Below the pieces are notes generated by a model. The model saw only the letters and a list, made by a program, of their open reading frames with translations, was not told the DNA's origin and made no database searches. The position numbers were made by a program, and so were the translations under genes. 64,000 nucleotides of DNA from Myxococcota bacterium. Its GTDB lineage: Bacteria > Myxococcota_A > SURF-8. Each line of letters starts with the position of its first letter. Within the stretch, counting starts at the first letter, position 1. Shown here piece by piece: positions 40,490 to 49,671 of this stretch. Location of the stretch: contig OZ223209.1 in NCBI GenBank assembly GCA_965140415.1, forward strand, positions 2,304,001 to 2,368,000, in the 5' to 3' direction.

Positions 40490-43240
40490 ATGACAAAGAT
40501 GGTGTACTCGTTTGGTGATGGCAAGGCCGATGGTCGCGCCGACATGAAGAACCTGTTGGGCGGCAAAGGTGCCAACCTGGCAGAGATGAGCAACCTGGGC
40601 ATTCCGGTTCCGGCTGGTTTCACGATTACAACCGAAGTCTGCACGCACTACTCCAGCACGGGTGGGAAATACCCCAAGGGTCTGGACGCCGCTGTAAGCA
40701 AGGCGCTCAAGCAAATCGAAAAAATCATGGGCGCGAAGTTCGGTGACAAGGAAAATCCCCTGTTGCTGTCCGTGCGCTCGGGTGCGCGTGTCTCCATGCC
40801 GGGCATGATGGACACCGTGCTGAACATCGGTTTGAACGACACGACCATTCAAGGTCTGATCGCGAAAACCGGTGATGAACGTTTCGCCTACGATTCTTAC
40901 CGGCGTTTCGTTCAGATGTACTCCAATGTTGTGATGGGCATGGAAGGCCGCATCCTGGAGGACATCCTTGAGAAAGTGAAAGAGAAAAAGGGTGTGGAGC
41001 TGGATACCGATTTGACCGCCGATGACTGGCGCGTCATGGTTAACGCCTTCAAAAAGGAAGTCAAGAAACACACCAAAACCGCCTTCCCGGAAGATCCGGA
41101 AAAGCAGATGTGGGGCGCGATCGGTGCGGTCTTCGAGAGTTGGGACGTCCCACGCGCGATAACCTATCGCAAGTTGAACGGCATTCCCAGTGATTGGGGC
41201 ACGGCGGTCAACGTCATGGCGATGGTTTTCGGTAACATGGGCGATGACAGCGCTACCGGCGTTGCTTTTACCCGCGATCCCGCCACCGGTGAGAAAGTTT
41301 TCTTCGGTGAATACCTGATCAACGCGCAGGGCGAAGATGTCGTTGCCGGTATTCGTACGCCGCAGCAGGTTACACTGTCCGGTTCAAAGAACTGGGCCAA
41401 GAAAGCCGGCGTGAAAGAAGCGCAGCGTAAAAAAGATTTCCCGTCTCTGGAAGAGGCGATGCCGGTCGTTTACAAGCAACTGGTTCGCATTTACCAGGGC
41501 CTGGAAAAGCATTACCGTGAAATGCAGGACATCGAGTTCACCATCCAGCAGGGCAAACTGTGGATGCTGCAAACTCGTACCGGCAAGCGCACCGCAGCGG
41601 CAGCGGTCAAGATCGCTGTCGACATGGTCAAAGAGAAATTGATCTCCAAGAAAGAAGCGGTTCTGCGTGTCGAGCCCAAGAGCCTGGATCAATTGCTGCA
41701 CCCGACCTTCGATCCCAAGGCCAAAACGGTCACGATCGCTCGCGGTCTGCCGGCTTCCCCTGGCGCGGCTTCGGGGCGCGTCGTCTTTACCGCCGATCAA
41801 GCGGTGGAATGGTCCGAGAAGAAAGAAAAAGTCATCCTGGTGCGTTTGGAAACGTCGCCGGAAGACATTCATGGTATGGATGTCGCCCAGGGCGTTCTGA
41901 CTGCACGTGGTGGTATGACCTCTCACGCTGCCGTCGTGGCGCGCGGCATGGGCAAATGCTGTGTTGCCGGTTGCGGCGAATTGAAGATCGACGAGAAGAA
42001 GAAGACCTTCATCGTTAAGGGCAAGACCTACAAAATGGGTGACTGGATCAGCCTGAACGGCTCCAGCGGTGAAGTGCTGGAAGGTTCCGTGCCGACGGTC
42101 GATCCGTCGCTTTCCGGTTCTTTCGGTATCTTGATGAAATGGGCGGACGAATTCCGTCGTTTGAACGTGCGCACCAACGCGGACACTCCAAAAGATTCTG
42201 CGGTAGCGCGTAACTTCGGAGCGGAAGGTATCGGCCTGACCCGCACCGAGCATATGTTCTTCGAAGGCGATCGCATCGACGCCGTGCGCGAAATGATTCT
42301 GGCCGATGACGAAGCCGGTCGTCGCAAAGCCCTGGAAAAACTGCTGCCCATGCAGCAGGGCGACTTCGAAGGTATTTTCAAGGCCATGAACGGCCTGCCG
42401 GTAACGATTCGCGCCCTGGACCCGCCGTTGCATGAGTTTTTGCCGCACACCAAAAAGGACATCGACGATCTGGCAAAAAAACTGGGTGTGAAGCCCAAGA
42501 CCATCAAGGAGAAGGTCGATAGTCTGCACGAATTCAACCCGATGCTGGGGCATCGTGGTTGCCGTCTGGGTATCGCGTATCCGGAAATCACCGAAATGCA
42601 GGCTCGCGCCATTTTCCGCGCAGCCAAGGCCATGAGCAAGAAGAAGGTCAAGGTGTTGCCGGAAATCATGATCCCGCTGGTGGGACATATCAACGAGTTG
42701 AAACTGCAGGAAGCCATCGTACGTCGCGTGGCCGGTGAAGAACTCAAAGGCACCAAGATCAACTACATGGTTGGAACCATGATCGAGTTGCCGCGTGCCG
42801 CACTGACGGCGGATGAGATTGCCGAGAGCGCCGAATTCTTCAGCTTCGGAACCAACGATCTGACTCAGACCACATTCGGTCTGTCGCGCGACGATGCGGG
42901 TAAATTCCTGCCGTTGTATGTCGATAAAAAAGTGTTGCCGCATGATCCCTTCCAGTCCATCGATCAGACCGGTGTCGGCAAACTGATGCAGATCGGTGTC
43001 GAGTTGGGACGTGGAACGCGCTCCAATCTGAAGATCGGTATCTGCGGCGAGCATGGCGGTGAGCCTGCATCCGTGGAATTCTGCCACAAGATCGGTTTGA
43101 ACTACGTTTCCTGTAGTCCTTACCGCGTACCGATCGCACGTTTGGCGGCGGCGCATGCTGCGCTAAAGGATGGAGCGGCTGCTCCGAAAAAGGCTGCAAA
43201 ACCCAAAGCCAAAGCGAAGGCGAAAGCCAAAAAGAAGTAA
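40490..43240 (+). CDS. ppdK: Pyruvate, phosphate dikinase
   Basis: [23 protein letters not shown] (phospho-His), GTNDL and ICGEHGG; AGGAGG RBS. Confidence 0.98.
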   Translation: MTKMVYSFGDGKADGRADMKNLLGGKGANLAEMSNLGIPVPAGFTITTEVCTHYSSTGGKYPKGLDAAVSKALKQIEKIMGAKFGDKENPLLLSVRSGARVSMPGMMDTVLNIGLNDTTIQGLIAKTGDERFAYDSYRRFVQMYSNVVMGMEGRILEDILEKVKEKKGVELDTDLTADDWRVMVNAFKKEVKKHTKTAFPEDPEKQMWGAIGAVFESWDVPRAITYRKLNGIPSDWGTAVNVMAMVFGNMGDDSATGVAFTRDPATGEKVFFGEYLINAQGEDVVAGIRTPQQVTLSGSKNWAKKAGVKEAQRKKDFPSLEEAMPVVYKQLVRIYQGLEKHYREMQDIEFTIQQGKLWMLQTRTGKRTAAAAVKIAVDMVKEKLISKKEAVLRVEPKSLDQLLHPTFDPKAKTVTIARGLPASPGAASGRVVFTADQAVEWSEKKEKVILVRLETSPEDIHGMDVAQGVLTARGGMTSHAAVVARGMGKCCVAGCGELKIDEKKKTFIVKGKTYKMGDWISLNGSSGEVLEGSVPTVDPSLSGSFGILMKWADEFRRLNVRTNADTPKDSAVARNFGAEGIGLTRTEHMFFEGDRIDAVREMILADDEAGRRKALEKLLPMQQGDFEGIFKAMNGLPVTIRALDPPLHEFLPHTKKDIDDLAKKLGVKPKTIKEKVDSLHEFNPMLGHRGCRLGIAYPEITEMQARAIFRAAKAMSKKKVKVLPEIMIPLVGHINELKLQEAIVRRVAGEELKGTKINYMVGTMIELPRAALTADEIAESAEFFSFGTNDLTQTTFGLSRDDAGKFLPLYVDKKVLPHDPFQSIDQTGVGKLMQIGVELGRGTRSNLKIGICGEHGGEPASVEFCHKIGLNYVSCSPYRVPIARLAAAHAALKDGAAAPKKAAKPKAKAKAKAKKK

Positions 43241-43263
43241 TTCGCGCTGAGGCGAATTAGAGC

Positions 43264-43300
43264 AAAAAGGGCGGATCGGGTTTTTCTCGATCCGCTCTTT
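43264..43300 (+). terminator. Rho-independent terminator after ppdK
   Basis: Stem AAAGGGCGGATCGGG / CTCGATCCGCTCTTT. Confidence 0.75.
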
Positions 43301-43501
43301 CTGTTGTGGGCAGTAGTGGTTATTTTGTGAGAGGCATGGGATAAGAATTCGGGTACCATTGGCGAAACATGTTGGCAATCCTACTGTTATTAAAGGATTC
43401 AGTATTGGTAGGATTCCAAAATAGACCGCAAAAATCACATAAACATCCTAATAAATGTGCTAATATAACAGCAAACAAACATTCAGCAGAAATGAGCAAA
43501 A

Positions 43502-44947
43502 ATGAATGCGTCATGGAATGTTACTGCTGTTTTAAAACTGCTCACTGTATCGATGCTTACTTCCTGCCTGTTATGCGGGGCGGCTGTCGCAGCAGAAGAG
43601 GTTGTTTCTCCTAAGGGCGAGGATGGCATAATAGAACAGCAAGAGGAGCCGTCGTCGGGATGGAATCTGCATGTGTTTTCCAGGCAGGAATATCGCCTGC
43701 GAACGTCCACCGATCCAAGCGAACGCGATCAGGATATCCGGCTTTCTCTTGATTTCTCTGCAATCGATCCTTCCGACCGTTTCGGAGCGGAGCTTTCCAT
43801 GGGTTTTGCTTACGATCTGGACGGCGTCCCGCAAAAACCTTCGAGTATCGGATTCAATTCTATTTACGATGAAAACGATCCGGGCTGGTGGTTCGATATC
43901 TATACTCTGGCGCTGGATTATCACTCGTCGGGAATTGTGCAACTCGCCCGTGCGGGACGACAGGTAGCCCCGTACGGACATCCGGCAGTATTTGATGGCG
44001 TCAGCTTTGTTTTGCGTCCGGCTCGGAAATATCTGGATCTGTATTTACTGGGAGGTCGCAGCGTTCACTTTTTTGATTTGGACAGCGATATCTTCGAAGA
44101 CTGGCTGGCGGCGGGAGGCGTGGTCATTCGACCGATGCAGGATTTGCACTTCGAGTTGGAGTATCGCTTCAATCTGGAAAAGAAGCAGACTCCTAGTAAC
44201 AATGGCTGGCCGCAATACGATAAAACGGATGTCACGGATCATGCATTCAGCTTTACCGGTTATTATCGCTATGAAGACTGGTTGTATGCGAAAGCGAAAG
44301 TACGAACCGTAAACAGCGATGTTGCAGAAGCATCCGGTTCGTTGCACATGAACTGGACCCGATACGAACTCGGTTTCCAAGTGGATGTGAAAGCACAGCC
44401 TTCAACGTTGAATGAAATTAGTGAAGCGGAAGACCCTTACTTTTTCGTTTTGGGAACGAGTTTGCCATACATTGCTTACTCTGCCGAATTGAATAAAGCA
44501 TTCAGCAGCACCAAAGGAATCTACGCTCTTAACCTTGGTTACGAAGGGCGGCAGTTACTGAAGGACAACGAACAAACTTTCAATCGAAATTACAACCGGG
44601 CATATTTGCTGTTTAGTGCTGTGGATATTGTGGTCAAAGGACCGTTTCTGAGTTTCGTTTTCGAGCGCTGGGCAGACGGTGCAATTTTGGATGGCAATGG
44701 CTTGTGGACGGTTGGGGGCTCGCTGGGTCATGATTGTCGCTATCTGCGTGCGGAAGTTGGCAGTTTCTATCAGCGATACAAGTACACCTATTACAGCGAT
44801 GTTGATGAAATCGATAGCGTGCGTACGGTCTATGCTGATTTGAAGGGGAAGCCTTTGGATTGGCTGGCAATTACGGCGCGTTACGAGTTGGAAATATTCG
44901 ATCGTTACGTGCATGTCGTCACGGTCGGCCTGATACAGAATTACTGA
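43502..44947 (+). CDS. Outer-membrane beta-barrel (porin of a porin-cytochrome complex)
   Basis: Signal peptide, alternating amphipathic beta-strands and terminal aromatic residue (GLIQNY); directly upstream of multiheme cytochromes. Confidence 0.75.
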   Translation: MNASWNVTAVLKLLTVSMLTSCLLCGAAVAAEEVVSPKGEDGIIEQQEEPSSGWNLHVFSRQEYRLRTSTDPSERDQDIRLSLDFSAIDPSDRFGAELSMGFAYDLDGVPQKPSSIGFNSIYDENDPGWWFDIYTLALDYHSSGIVQLARAGRQVAPYGHPAVFDGVSFVLRPARKYLDLYLLGGRSVHFFDLDSDIFEDWLAAGGVVIRPMQDLHFELEYRFNLEKKQTPSNNGWPQYDKTDVTDHAFSFTGYYRYEDWLYAKAKVRTVNSDVAEASGSLHMNWTRYELGFQVDVKAQPSTLNEISEAEDPYFFVLGTSLPYIAYSAELNKAFSSTKGIYALNLGYEGRQLLKDNEQTFNRNYNRAYLLFSAVDIVVKGPFLSFVFERWADGAILDGNGLWTVGGSLGHDCRYLRAEVGSFYQRYKYTYYSDVDEIDSVRTVYADLKGKPLDWLAITARYELEIFDRYVHVVTVGLIQNY

Positions 44948-44955
44948 GGAACACC

Positions 44956-45816
44956 ATGAACACCGGGCAAAAAAATAAACGCGGTTCCATCTTGTTGCTA
45001 GCGGTATGTTTTCTTGTGGTGATTATCGGTACGGTAGCGCTTGCACAAACCGCTAAAAGCTTTAGCCATCAACTGCATTTGTCTGAGGATATCGGAGCGC
45101 AATGTTCCGACTGTCATGGCTCCGGCGCAAAAACCGAACTCGCGCCGACTGAAGAACGTTGTGGACAATGCCATGAAAGCGCGATGCTGCCTTTGTTGGC
45201 AAAAAGTTCTTCTGCGCGTCCTCTTCGATTGGAGTTTTCCCATGAACTTCATGCGCAGTCTTTTTCCTGCGAGGAATGCCACAAAGGCGTAAATGAAGAT
45301 CTTCCTCCCGTTTCCGGTATGCCCACCATGAATTTCAGCGATTGCTCGGCCTGTCACAGGGAAAACGGAATCGAAGTAGATGAGAAAAACTGTACCGCCT
45401 GCCATGGCAAGGATCGTCGCAAGCTGAAACCGGAAGACCACAAAGCGAGTTGGCTGGCACGTCATGGTGTGGAGTCGCAGTGGCGCGTTTTCGACGATCA
45501 CGGGCAGCAGTGCACACTCTGCCATCGTTCTCAGGCTTGTGTAGCCTGTCATCGTCAGCGAAAACCGGCGGATCATAATGGCTTGTGGCGTATGCGCCTA
45601 CATGGGCGTCAGGCGGACTGGGATCGTGAACGCTGCAAAACCTGTCATGAGTCAGGGACTTGCATTCGCTGTCATAAAGATACCAAGCCCAGCAATCATA
45701 TCGGTAGCTGGCGCTATCTGCACGGCAAAGCCGCGCCGTCAGGGCTCTCGGCTAACTGTCGGGTTTGCCACCAGCCGGGCTATTGTGCGAGCTGTCACGC
45801 GACGGGAGGGAAATGA
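44956..45816 (+). CDS. Periplasmic multiheme cytochrome c (11 CXXCH)
   Basis: Signal peptide (VALA); 11 CXXCH counted; FSHxLH c3/c7-like motifs. Confidence 0.92.
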   Translation: MNTGQKNKRGSILLLAVCFLVVIIGTVALAQTAKSFSHQLHLSEDIGAQCSDCHGSGAKTELAPTEERCGQCHESAMLPLLAKSSSARPLRLEFSHELHAQSFSCEECHKGVNEDLPPVSGMPTMNFSDCSACHRENGIEVDEKNCTACHGKDRRKLKPEDHKASWLARHGVESQWRVFDDHGQQCTLCHRSQACVACHRQRKPADHNGLWRMRLHGRQADWDRERCKTCHESGTCIRCHKDTKPSNHIGSWRYLHGKAAPSGLSANCRVCHQPGYCASCHATGGK

Positions 45817-47474
45817 TGCAAAGGTTGCTTTCCCTTTTATCAAAAGCGTTGTTCCTTTCATTGCTTCTTTTATTGTTAGGCGTAGTTCTTTTCGGTTGCG
45901 CTGATAAAACATTACCAGATGGCTTGCCGGGTGACTATGAATTGGAAAGCCCCGTACATCCTACGGATTATGTAAAATCGGAGCGGCACGGTTTAGAATA
46001 TTTGCAGGATTACACCCGTTGTTCGTTCTGTCATGGACAGCAGCGTCAGGGTGGTATAAGCGGTGTCGTTTGCGATGAATGCCATCAAAGTATGACAGGA
46101 CGTCGCATGGATAGCGATTGCGGGTTCTGTCATTCCGCTCCTTCATTTTCCAAGCAGCAAGACGCCCGCTTCGAAGATGTCTATGGAAACAAGGATAAGG
46201 CGCTCGCAGCGGTCGGGGCGCATGACGCGCATGCGCTGGAAACGGAAATCCATACCGCATATGCTTGTAGCGTATGCCATCCTGTCTATGCAAGTTTGGA
46301 TGATTCCGGGCATTTAGACGAGACTCCCGCTGCGGATGTGGTCTTTACCGGGTTGGCCGGTAGCCGGGCTGCGTATGATTCCGGTGAATGTTCTTCCATC
46401 CTATGTCACGGCGATGGCGTTGTGACCGCAGATGCACCAGCCTGGACGGATGAAAACCCGCTTGGTTGCAACTCTTGTCACGATGACGGTGAACACCCGG
46501 AGAGCATGTACGGCAGTCACGAAGTGCACGTGCTGGCGGGGTTGACCTGCGCGGGCTGTCACATGGATGTGGTGGATGGGCAAAACACCATTATAGACAA
46601 GCAGTTGCATGTAAATGGAGAGAAAGACATCCTTCTGGCATTGGGACAGTACGATCCCGCCACTAGAACCTGTACCAACACCTGTCACGCCGATGCCGAA
46701 TGGGGCGGCGAGTATCACCCGAGCGGTTTTGTTGCAAAGGAGCGGCACGGGCGCGCATTCATTCTGCACGAGCAGGATTGCACTCGCTGCCATGGCGAGG
46801 ATCTGCAAGGTGGCGGTAGCGGTGTTTCCTGCGATGGCTGCCATCTGAAAAATGCAGATGCGACATTGGCCGGAAACTGCACGTTCTGTCATGGTGGCGT
46901 GGACAACGAAAGCGGCGCTCCGCCGGAGGGCGTTTTTGGAGAGAGCGAGCGAAGCGATCCGCAAGTCGGGGCGCATAGCCGACATGTAAGCACTACGGAG
47001 CACCATGGCGCATTTGATTGCAGCGAATGCCACACTAAACCGGCGAGCTTTACCGATGCCGGTCACTTGGACGGCGACGGCCAGGCGGAAGTTGCATTGA
47101 AGTCAGGATCGTATGATTCCGAAAGCGGCGTTTGCTCGGCGAATGAGTGTCACGGTAATGGCAGAACGAGCGGTTCTTCTCCGACATGGACTTCCGTGCA
47201 AGCGCTGACTTGCACTGGTTGTCACGATGATGGCAGCCGACAGGCGAGCAGTCGTTTGTCTGGAATGCACGACAAGCATGTTCGAGATCTTCGCCTGGAT
47301 TGCACGAACTGCCACAAGGCCGTACTCGATGCTCAGGAAAACTTCGTAAACGTCGGCTTGCACGTCAACGGACAGGCGGATGTCGAGTTGTCCATTGGCA
47401 CCTACAATGCACAAAACAAAAGCTGTTCCACCTCCTGCCATGAAGAAATCGAATCCTGGTACGAAGATCGCTGA
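45813..47474 (+). CDS. Lipoprotein multiheme cytochrome c, CxxxxCH/CxxCH family (16 heme motifs)
   Basis: Lipobox LFGC; 12 CXXCH + 2 CX4CH + 2 CX3CH; ATGA overlap with the upstream gene. Confidence 0.9.
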   Translation: MMQRLLSLLSKALFLSLLLLLLGVVLFGCADKTLPDGLPGDYELESPVHPTDYVKSERHGLEYLQDYTRCSFCHGQQRQGGISGVVCDECHQSMTGRRMDSDCGFCHSAPSFSKQQDARFEDVYGNKDKALAAVGAHDAHALETEIHTAYACSVCHPVYASLDDSGHLDETPAADVVFTGLAGSRAAYDSGECSSILCHGDGVVTADAPAWTDENPLGCNSCHDDGEHPESMYGSHEVHVLAGLTCAGCHMDVVDGQNTIIDKQLHVNGEKDILLALGQYDPATRTCTNTCHADAEWGGEYHPSGFVAKERHGRAFILHEQDCTRCHGEDLQGGGSGVSCDGCHLKNADATLAGNCTFCHGGVDNESGAPPEGVFGESERSDPQVGAHSRHVSTTEHHGAFDCSECHTKPASFTDAGHLDGDGQAEVALKSGSYDSESGVCSANECHGNGRTSGSSPTWTSVQALTCTGCHDDGSRQASSRLSGMHDKHVRDLRLDCTNCHKAVLDAQENFVNVGLHVNGQADVELSIGTYNAQNKSCSTSCHEEIESWYEDR

Positions 47475-47510
47475 ATCAACACTTGTTGTCCAGTCTTCGC
47501 AGGCTTCTAC

Positions 47511-47539
47511 TTGAATCCTCCAATCAAAAGCTGTAGGAT
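47511..47539 (+). promoter_or_regulatory. Possible internal sigma70 promoter for the HAO-like gene
   Basis: TTGAAT-N17-TAGGAT. Confidence 0.45.
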
Positions 47540-47597
47540 CAATTTGTTTTTCAGATCATGTGGCGGTGCATCTTTAGACTCAAAATAAGGAAATGGC

Positions 47598-49115
47598 ATG
47601 TTGCAATTTGTACCTAGAGTTACCTTGTGTACCTTCATGTTCTATGCTGCGCTGGGGGGTGGCTTTCAGAGCCGCGCGTTTTGTGAAGAAGCTGCGAAAG
47701 CAACGATCAGTAGCGAAACGGAAGAATGCCTGGACTGTCACCGGCGTGTGACACCGGGTATTGTGGCGGATTGGCAGAAAAGCCGACATGCCGTAACGAC
47801 TCCCAATCAAACGAAGAACCTACCGGAAAACGAGCGGAGAATGTCCAGCCTGAAAACTGTTCCCGAAGCACTTCGCAATTCGGCGGTCGGTTGCTACGAG
47901 TGTCACTCGCTTAACCCCACGAAGCATCGGGATAATTTCGAGCATATGGGGTACCAGATCAATGTCGTTGTTACTCCTGATGATTGCAAAAGCTGTCACG
48001 AAACGGAAGCAAAGCAATATGCCGACAGTAAAAAAGCTCATGCGTTAGCTAACCTGCGGGATAACCCCATTTTCCAGGCTTTGGTGGAAGAATCCATTGC
48101 CATTCCAGCGTCTCATCGTGGTCAATTGCCGGACAGTTCCGGGCGGATTTCGGCGCAGCATGAAGCCTGCTATTCCTGCCATGGAACGGAAGTCAAGGTG
48201 GTTGGAAAGCTGAGCCTTGAAGATGAAGAGGCAGGGGAGTTCGAAGTTCCCAAACTGAGCAACTGGCCCAATCAGGGCGTTGGAAGAAAAAATCCCGACG
48301 GCAGTTTGGGTTCTTGCACGGCTTGTCATGCACGGCATGCCTTTTCGATTTCGGTGGCCAGAAAACCCGAGACCTGCTCGCAGTGCCACGCGGGACCGGA
48401 CGCGCCTGCTTATAAAGTTTTCATCGAAAGCAAGCATGGCAACCTGGTGAAATCGGATTCCGCTTCGATCGACTGGCAGGGGATGCCCTGGAAAGTCGGA
48501 ACGGATTTCCAGGCGCCGTCTTGCAGTGTGTGCCATAGCAGCGCGCTTGTGACGCCGGATGGCAATGTGATAGCCAAGCGTACGCACGATTTCGGGGCGC
48601 GTTTGTGGACGCGCATTTTCGGCCTGCCCACGTCGCATCCTCAGCCGGTGCATGGCAATACCGCGACTCTTAGAAATAAAGACGGGCAACCGCTACCGAC
48701 TTCGTATGATGGAACGCTTGCCAGTGAAGGATTGCTGAAAAAGGATGAAATTAAAAAACGGCAGCAGCAGATGCAGGCAATCTGCAAGAGCTGTCATTCA
48801 ACCGGCTGGGTGCAGGGGCATTTCGAGAAGTTCGAAAATACGGTAGATGAGGCGGACAAGATGGTGCTGGCCGCTACTGCGTTAATGCAGCAAGCCTGGA
48901 AAGAGAAACGCTGCGATGCGAAAAATATGTTTGACGAAGAACTGGAGCGGCTGTGGGTGAAACAGTGGCTCTACTATGCCAATGCGCTGCGGCTGGGTTC
49001 GGCTATGAGCGGCTTTGATTATTCGAGCTTTCAGCTTGGCTGGTTCGATCTCACCGGCAACATGGCCGTCATGCAGAAACGATTTGAAGAGTTGGAGAAG
49101 GGGGAGAGGAAGTAA
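47598..49115 (+). CDS. Octaheme hydroxylamine oxidoreductase-like cytochrome c (reductive, epsilon-Hao type)
   Basis: 8 CXXCH; CLDCH..TPGIV..W..SRH, GSCTACHARHAFS...ARKPETCSQCH.GPD and ESKHG; C-terminal helical bundle. Confidence 0.88.
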   Translation: MLQFVPRVTLCTFMFYAALGGGFQSRAFCEEAAKATISSETEECLDCHRRVTPGIVADWQKSRHAVTTPNQTKNLPENERRMSSLKTVPEALRNSAVGCYECHSLNPTKHRDNFEHMGYQINVVVTPDDCKSCHETEAKQYADSKKAHALANLRDNPIFQALVEESIAIPASHRGQLPDSSGRISAQHEACYSCHGTEVKVVGKLSLEDEEAGEFEVPKLSNWPNQGVGRKNPDGSLGSCTACHARHAFSISVARKPETCSQCHAGPDAPAYKVFIESKHGNLVKSDSASIDWQGMPWKVGTDFQAPSCSVCHSSALVTPDGNVIAKRTHDFGARLWTRIFGLPTSHPQPVHGNTATLRNKDGQPLPTSYDGTLASEGLLKKDEIKKRQQQMQAICKSCHSTGWVQGHFEKFENTVDEADKMVLAATALMQQAWKEKRCDAKNMFDEELERLWVKQWLYYANALRLGSAMSGFDYSSFQLGWFDLTGNMAVMQKRFEELEKGERK

Positions 49116-49187
49116 CGACTTAGGACAACTAATTAATATTATGTCTGAGAAACGAAGTTCCAGTTAATCTAAGAATAAGGCAAAAAA

Positions 49188-49415
49188 ATGGCAATTGTAA
49201 GAAGACTAGAAAAAATAAATATCGATAAAGAGCACAAGCACACCGAAGTGAATGCGAGCTATTCATTTGTCGAGCATGATGGGCAGAAATATTTACAGAT
49301 AGACACTTATGGCTCAGAGACCCGCAAAATCCAGGGGAAGAAAAGCCAATCCATTCGGTTTTCAGTCGAGGCTATCGAACAGTTGAAAGCAATTATTGAT
49401 AAGGAGTATGAATAG
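49188..49415 (+). CDS. Small conserved hypothetical protein (QIDTYGS...GKxSQ motif)
   Basis: 75 aa, AT-rich, AAGG RBS. The motif looks like a widespread small-protein family of unknown function. Confidence 0.65.
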   Translation: MAIVRRLEKINIDKEHKHTEVNASYSFVEHDGQKYLQIDTYGSETRKIQGKKSQSIRFSVEAIEQLKAIIDKEYE

Positions 49416-49494
49416 CTGGGTAGCTTGTCTGATTCATCCTGATATTTTGCGTTTGTTGTCAAATACACTGCATTTGAGCTAAGGTTTTGTATCC

Positions 49495-49636
49495 AGCTTG
49501 AGTAGGATGGGTATTTGCAATTCCCATAACATGGGAAAGAATGAATTGATGGGCAAAGCTTGAGTAGGATGGGCATTTGCCATGCCCATCACATTGGAAT
49601 GAAGATTAAGATGGGCAAAACAATTACCCATTCTAC
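49495..49636. repeat. GTAG-type REP cluster (REPIN/BIME-like)
   Basis: GTAGGATGGG...CCCAT hairpins at 49502-49527 and 49564-49590 (+), an inverted copy at 49610-49636, and a 62-bp direct-repeat period. Confidence 0.75.
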
Positions 49637-49671
49637 ATCTGAAGACTGAAGACTACTGAAATCCCCCCCTC

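Noticed and set aside
41384-43156. 590-aa ORF antisense to ppdK
   Set aside because: Shadow ORF from biased codon usage of a highly conserved gene; no motifs or RBS.
47598-49115. Evidence for nitrification or anammox
   Set aside because: The cross-link Tyr appears absent, and there are no cycA/cycB, amo or hzs genes.
49495-49636. Possible mini-CRISPR (62-bp period)
   Set aside because: The intervening segments resemble each other, one copy is inverted, and GTAG + hairpin fits REP better.
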